Below are positions 61,169 through 64,000 of a stretch of 64,000 nucleotides of DNA, one piece after another. Numbering within the stretch: position 1 is the first letter of the stretch; every line of letters begins with the position of its first letter. The position numbers and the translations under genes were made by a program. The DNA is from Bacillota bacterium (GTDB lineage Bacteria > Bacillota > Dethiobacteria > DTU022): contig JAAZPQ010000050.1 in NCBI GenBank assembly GCA_012797175.1, positions 2,924-66,923 on the forward strand, given 5' to 3'. A model generated the notes under the pieces. That model was not told the origin of the DNA, did not search any database, and saw only the letters and a program-made list of their open reading frames with translations.

Positions 61169-61579
61169 CTTTTCTCCGGTCGAGGTAGCGGTAAGACGGC
61201 CATGGATAACACCCCTGACAGCCAGAAGGCGATTGGCTACCTCTTTAGCTTCACCGGCCGGACCTTTTATCAAGAGGACCTCCAGGCAGCGATCGTGGGC
61301 CAGGTGAACATGCATTGTTGAGACGATTAGATCCACGTAACGATGTTGCAGCTCCAGAAGGAGATCGTTTAAACCCCGGACATGATGATCGTAAACCAGG
61401 GTAATCGTTCCGGCCACCTCTTCATCGTCATCAGACCACTCCGTCTCCACCAGCTCATTGCGAATCAGGTCCCGGATAGCCTCCGAACGGTTGGCGTAGC
61501 CCTTCATGACAATTTTTCGATCAAAGGCTTCGAGCAGCTCTTGATCTATGGAAACTCCAAAACGGACTATCTCGGCCAT
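61160..61579 (-). CDS. nikR: Nickel-responsive regulator NikR (ribbon-helix-helix + ACT-like metal-binding domain)
   Basis: Conserved start MAEIVRFGVSIDQELLEAFD at ATG 61579..61577 with a GGGAGGG RBS; RHH RSEAIRDLIR; metal-binding His/Cys cluster (H..H....C in STMHVHLAHDRCLEVLLIKG). The track ORF has a 28-codon extension with no RBS. Confidence 0.8.
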   Translation of the reverse strand: MAEIVRFGVSIDQELLEAFDRKIVMKGYANRSEAIRDLIRNELVETEWSDDDEEVAGTITLVYDHHVRGLNDLLLELQHRYVDLIVSTMHVHLAHDRCLEVLLIKGPAGEAKEVANRLLAVRGVIHGRLTATSTGEKLK

Positions 61580-61762
61580 ACTTTCCCTCCCGTAAAATTG
61601 TTTAACCACGGCAGGGGGGAGCATTGGTTCTAAAACAGACCGCCCTGGCCGCGGAAAATCCAATTCTAATTATAACAATAATTACTTCTTACCTCCAGAA
61701 ATCTCTGGCCATGTCTAAGAGAGACAGATAATGGCAATAATAGAGGTGAGGGGGGAAGAGCA

Positions 61763-62587
61763 GTGCTACCGAACAGAGTTCAACTCAGCGGTGTAAACAC
61801 CTTTAAACTGGGAGTTCTCTCTACAGAGGAGATGAAGGAGCTGTTCTGTCGGGTTAAAAAAGGCGATAATGAGGCCCGGGAGGCTCTGGTCAGAGGAAAC
61901 CTGCGTCTGGTTTTAAGTATTCTGCAGCGTTTTAAAAATCGGGGGGAATCGCTGGACGATCTTTTTCAGGTTGGCTGTATCGGATTACTCAAGGCAATCG
62001 ACAATTTTCAGATGGAGCATGAAGTCAACTTCTCCACCTACGCGGTGCCGATGGTGGTTGGCGAGATCAAGCGTTACCTGCGCGATAACAACAGCATTCA
62101 TATCAGCCGTTCCATTAAAAGCCTTTCCCACCGGGTTATTCAGACCAGGGAAGAGCTGCTTAAAGAGAATCACCGGGAACCGAATCTCAGTGAGATTGCC
62201 GCGGCGATGGAGATGACCGTCGAAGAGGTGGTCTTTGCTTTTAATGCAGCCCAGGAGCCTCTTTCACTTTACGATCCGGTATTCCATGATAGTACCGACC
62301 CGGTCTATGTCATGGACCTGATCAGCGACCAGTCTGATAGTACTGAAAAGTGGCTTGAAAATATTGCCCTGCAGGAGGCGCTGGATAAGCTTGGACCCCG
62401 GGAGAAACAGATTATCGAGGCGCGCTTCTTTGAAGGGAAAACCCAGGTTGAGATTGCCAGGCAGGTAGGGATATCCCAGGCCCAGGTTTCCCGGATCGAA
62501 AAAGTGGCTCTGGAGATGATCCGCCACCATTACAAACAGGAGCATCACCAGGAGGCAGTCCCGGATGAAGAAAAAAACAGTTCATAA
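61763..62587 (+). CDS. sigG: Sporulation-type group 3 sigma-70 factor, SigG/SigF family (GTG start)
   Basis: 274 aa; N-terminus (M)LPNRVQLSGVNTFKLGVLSTEEMKELF closely parallels B. subtilis SigG MSRNKVEICGVDTSKLPVLKNEEMRKLF; regions 2-4 conserved (DLFQVGCIGLLKAIDNF, FSTYAVPMVVGEIKRYLRD, ISQAQVSRIEK). Confidence 0.7.
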   Translation: MLPNRVQLSGVNTFKLGVLSTEEMKELFCRVKKGDNEAREALVRGNLRLVLSILQRFKNRGESLDDLFQVGCIGLLKAIDNFQMEHEVNFSTYAVPMVVGEIKRYLRDNNSIHISRSIKSLSHRVIQTREELLKENHREPNLSEIAAAMEMTVEEVVFAFNAAQEPLSLYDPVFHDSTDPVYVMDLISDQSDSTEKWLENIALQEALDKLGPREKQIIEARFFEGKTQVEIARQVGISQAQVSRIEKVALEMIRHHYKQEHHQEAVPDEEKNSS

Positions 62588-63272
62588 AAATGATGGCCTT
62601 GTCTCGACAGCGGCCATCCTTATCATGGCCCTGTTAACCGTAGTGCTCTGCTCCATGCTCCGGCAAAACAGTACCGCTGCCTGGCAGGTTCAGGTTGACG
62701 AGCCGGTGGTCAGGCTACATGTACGTGCCTCCGGCGACAGCCCGGCGGAGCAGCAGTTTAAGATGACGGTTGCGGCTCGGGTTCAGCAGTTCCTCTCCGA
62801 TAAAAGTTCGCCTGGGGCCGCTGATTACTATGCTTACCTGACTTTTTTACAGGGCTGCCTGCCTGAGCTGGAGAGAGAGCTCCAAGCGTTTGCCGCCGAT
62901 TCTGTGGTCGGATCGCAGATTTCGGTGCGGCTTTCCCGAGAAGAATTTCCCTTGCGAACCTATGGACGCCGGATCTACCCGGCCGGATATTACACGGCCT
63001 TAACAGTTACCGTCGGTGAAGGAACCGGTGAAAATTGGTGGTGTCTCCTCTTTCCCCCACTCTGCCTTCCCCCGGCTGAAGAAAATAACGAAGAAGCTAC
63101 ACCGGAAGGGGATTATTTTATCGGAATAAGTGAAACGGCAGCCGCTGGCCAAGCCTCCAGAGAGGAAGAACAGCTTGATAACGAAGTCCGGTGGCGAAGC
63201 AAAATCTGGGAGCTGCTTAGGGACCCCGGCCAATACATCATTGAAAAAGCAGAACGGATCTTCTATAATTAA
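62565..63272 (+). CDS. spoIIR: Stage II sporulation protein R
   Basis: 235 aa; signal/TM then conserved NWWCLLFPPLC motif; known synteny near prfA/prmC in Bacillus. Confidence 0.8.
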   Translation: MKKKTVHKNDGLVSTAAILIMALLTVVLCSMLRQNSTAAWQVQVDEPVVRLHVRASGDSPAEQQFKMTVAARVQQFLSDKSSPGAADYYAYLTFLQGCLPELERELQAFAADSVVGSQISVRLSREEFPLRTYGRRIYPAGYYTALTVTVGEGTGENWWCLLFPPLCLPPAEENNEEATPEGDYFIGISETAAAGQASREEEQLDNEVRWRSKIWELLRDPGQYIIEKAERIFYN

Positions 63273-63327
63273 GTCAGTCTGGATAAACAGATAGAGATAT
63301 AATTATCTGTTCGTAGGAGGTTGGGGC

Positions 63328-64000
63328 GTGCCCTGGCAAGAATATCTGCAAATCGCCTTCACTGCGGTTGGCGGTCTGGGACTCTTTTTGTTTGGCATCC
63401 AGATGATGGCTACGGGGATGCAGAAAGCGGCTGGGGACAGGCTACGCCGGATTCTTGAGGTGCTGACCACCCGGCCGATTATCGGTGTTCTCACCGGGAT
63501 TTTGATAACAGTGCTTATCCAGAGCAGCAGTGCGACTACGGTTATGGTCGTCGGTTTTGCCAACGCCGGATTGATCAACCTTTCACAGGCGATCAGCGTA
63601 ATTATCGGCGCGAATATCGGGACAACGGTAACGGCACAGATTATCTCGTTTAAAATTGAAAACATCGCCTTTCCCGTTATCGGCCTGGGTGCACTGATTA
63701 TCTTTTTCAGCAAGCGCAAGCAGTACCGTTATTTGGGAGAAGCCCTTCTTGGATTCGGACTTTTATTTCTAGGCATCTCGACCATGTCGGCCGGGTTAAG
63801 CCCTTTAAAAAACCTGCCTGCTTTTCACCGTCTCCTGGTACAATTCAGTGCTTTCCCTCTCCTGGGTGTGCTTGGCGGAGCAGCTTTTACCGCTTTGATT
63901 CAGAGCAGCAGCGCCGCTACCGGAGTGATTATCGCATTAGCTATGCAGGGAATGATCTCTTTAAATGCAGCTGTGCCCCTGATTTTAGGGTCGAATATCG
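63328..64000 (+). CDS. Na+/phosphate cotransporter (Na_Pi_cotrans family), N-terminal part; continues past the window end
   Basis: GTG 63328 after an AGGAGG RBS; translation VPWQEYLQIAFTAVGGLGLFLFGIQMMATGMQKAAGDRLRRIL...LIQSSSATTVMVVGFANAGLI... with duplicated QSSSA repeat; not in the ORF track (no stop in window). Confidence 0.7.
   Translation, partial: MPWQEYLQIAFTAVGGLGLFLFGIQMMATGMQKAAGDRLRRILEVLTTRPIIGVLTGILITVLIQSSSATTVMVVGFANAGLINLSQAISVIIGANIGTTVTAQIISFKIENIAFPVIGLGALIIFFSKRKQYRYLGEALLGFGLLFLGISTMSAGLSPLKNLPAFHRLLVQFSAFPLLGVLGGAAFTALIQSSSAATGVIIALAMQGMISLNAAVPLILGSNI

Noticed and set aside
63303-63719. 138-aa minus-strand ORF near the window end
   Set aside because: Antisense to the Na/Pi cotransporter gene, which has clear family motifs and starts at 63328 with an AGGAGG RBS.

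Overview
This window is a Firmicutes-type (endospore-former-like) chromosomal replication-origin region with roughly 55% GC. The core is dnaA-dnaN-recF-(DUF721)-(remB-like)-gyrB-gyrA, all on the minus strand, to the left of an AT-rich oriC at about 20.6-21.4 kb that carries a perfect DnaA box. To the right, all on the plus strand, lie rpmH-rnpA-yidD-yidC-jag-mnmE-rsmG-noc-soj-spo0J, then yyaC, adk, ychF, rpsF-ssb-rpsR, rplI-lonC-dnaB, a WalRK-YycHI cluster, rho, rpmE, prfA-prmC, a sigG-like gene, spoIIR and a partial Na/Pi cotransporter gene. Coding strand switches at dnaA/oriC, which fits a bidirectional origin. Embedded accessory-looking content is: (a) a lower-GC insert next to ddl that encodes an ATP-grasp ligase resembling D-aspartate ligases plus an aspartate racemase, both running against the local strand bias; (b) a MurE whose DNPR motif reads DNPA, pointing to a non-DAP (Lys-type) peptidoglycan stem and linking functionally to (a); (c) a block translationally coupled to gyrA that encodes a FAD-dependent lipoprotein oxidoreductase, a biotin-domain-less carboxyltransferase 5S-like protein and an EF-G paralog; (d) an M23 peptidase + bactofilin pair after parB, two further M23 peptidases (one LysM-containing), and a class A PBP; (e) an orphan NikR regulator gene divergent from a sigG-like/spoIIR pair. 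mnmG is missing from the otherwise conserved mnmE-(mnmG)-rsmG position. Two tandem parS-like sites sit just after parB. I found no CRISPR array, prophage, IS element, tRNA or rRNA. I do not see a clear-cut novel multi-gene defence system; the D-Asp ligase/racemase + DNPA-MurE link and the gyrA-coupled flavoprotein block are the most unusual items. All functional calls are from motif and family recognition by eye, with no database search.
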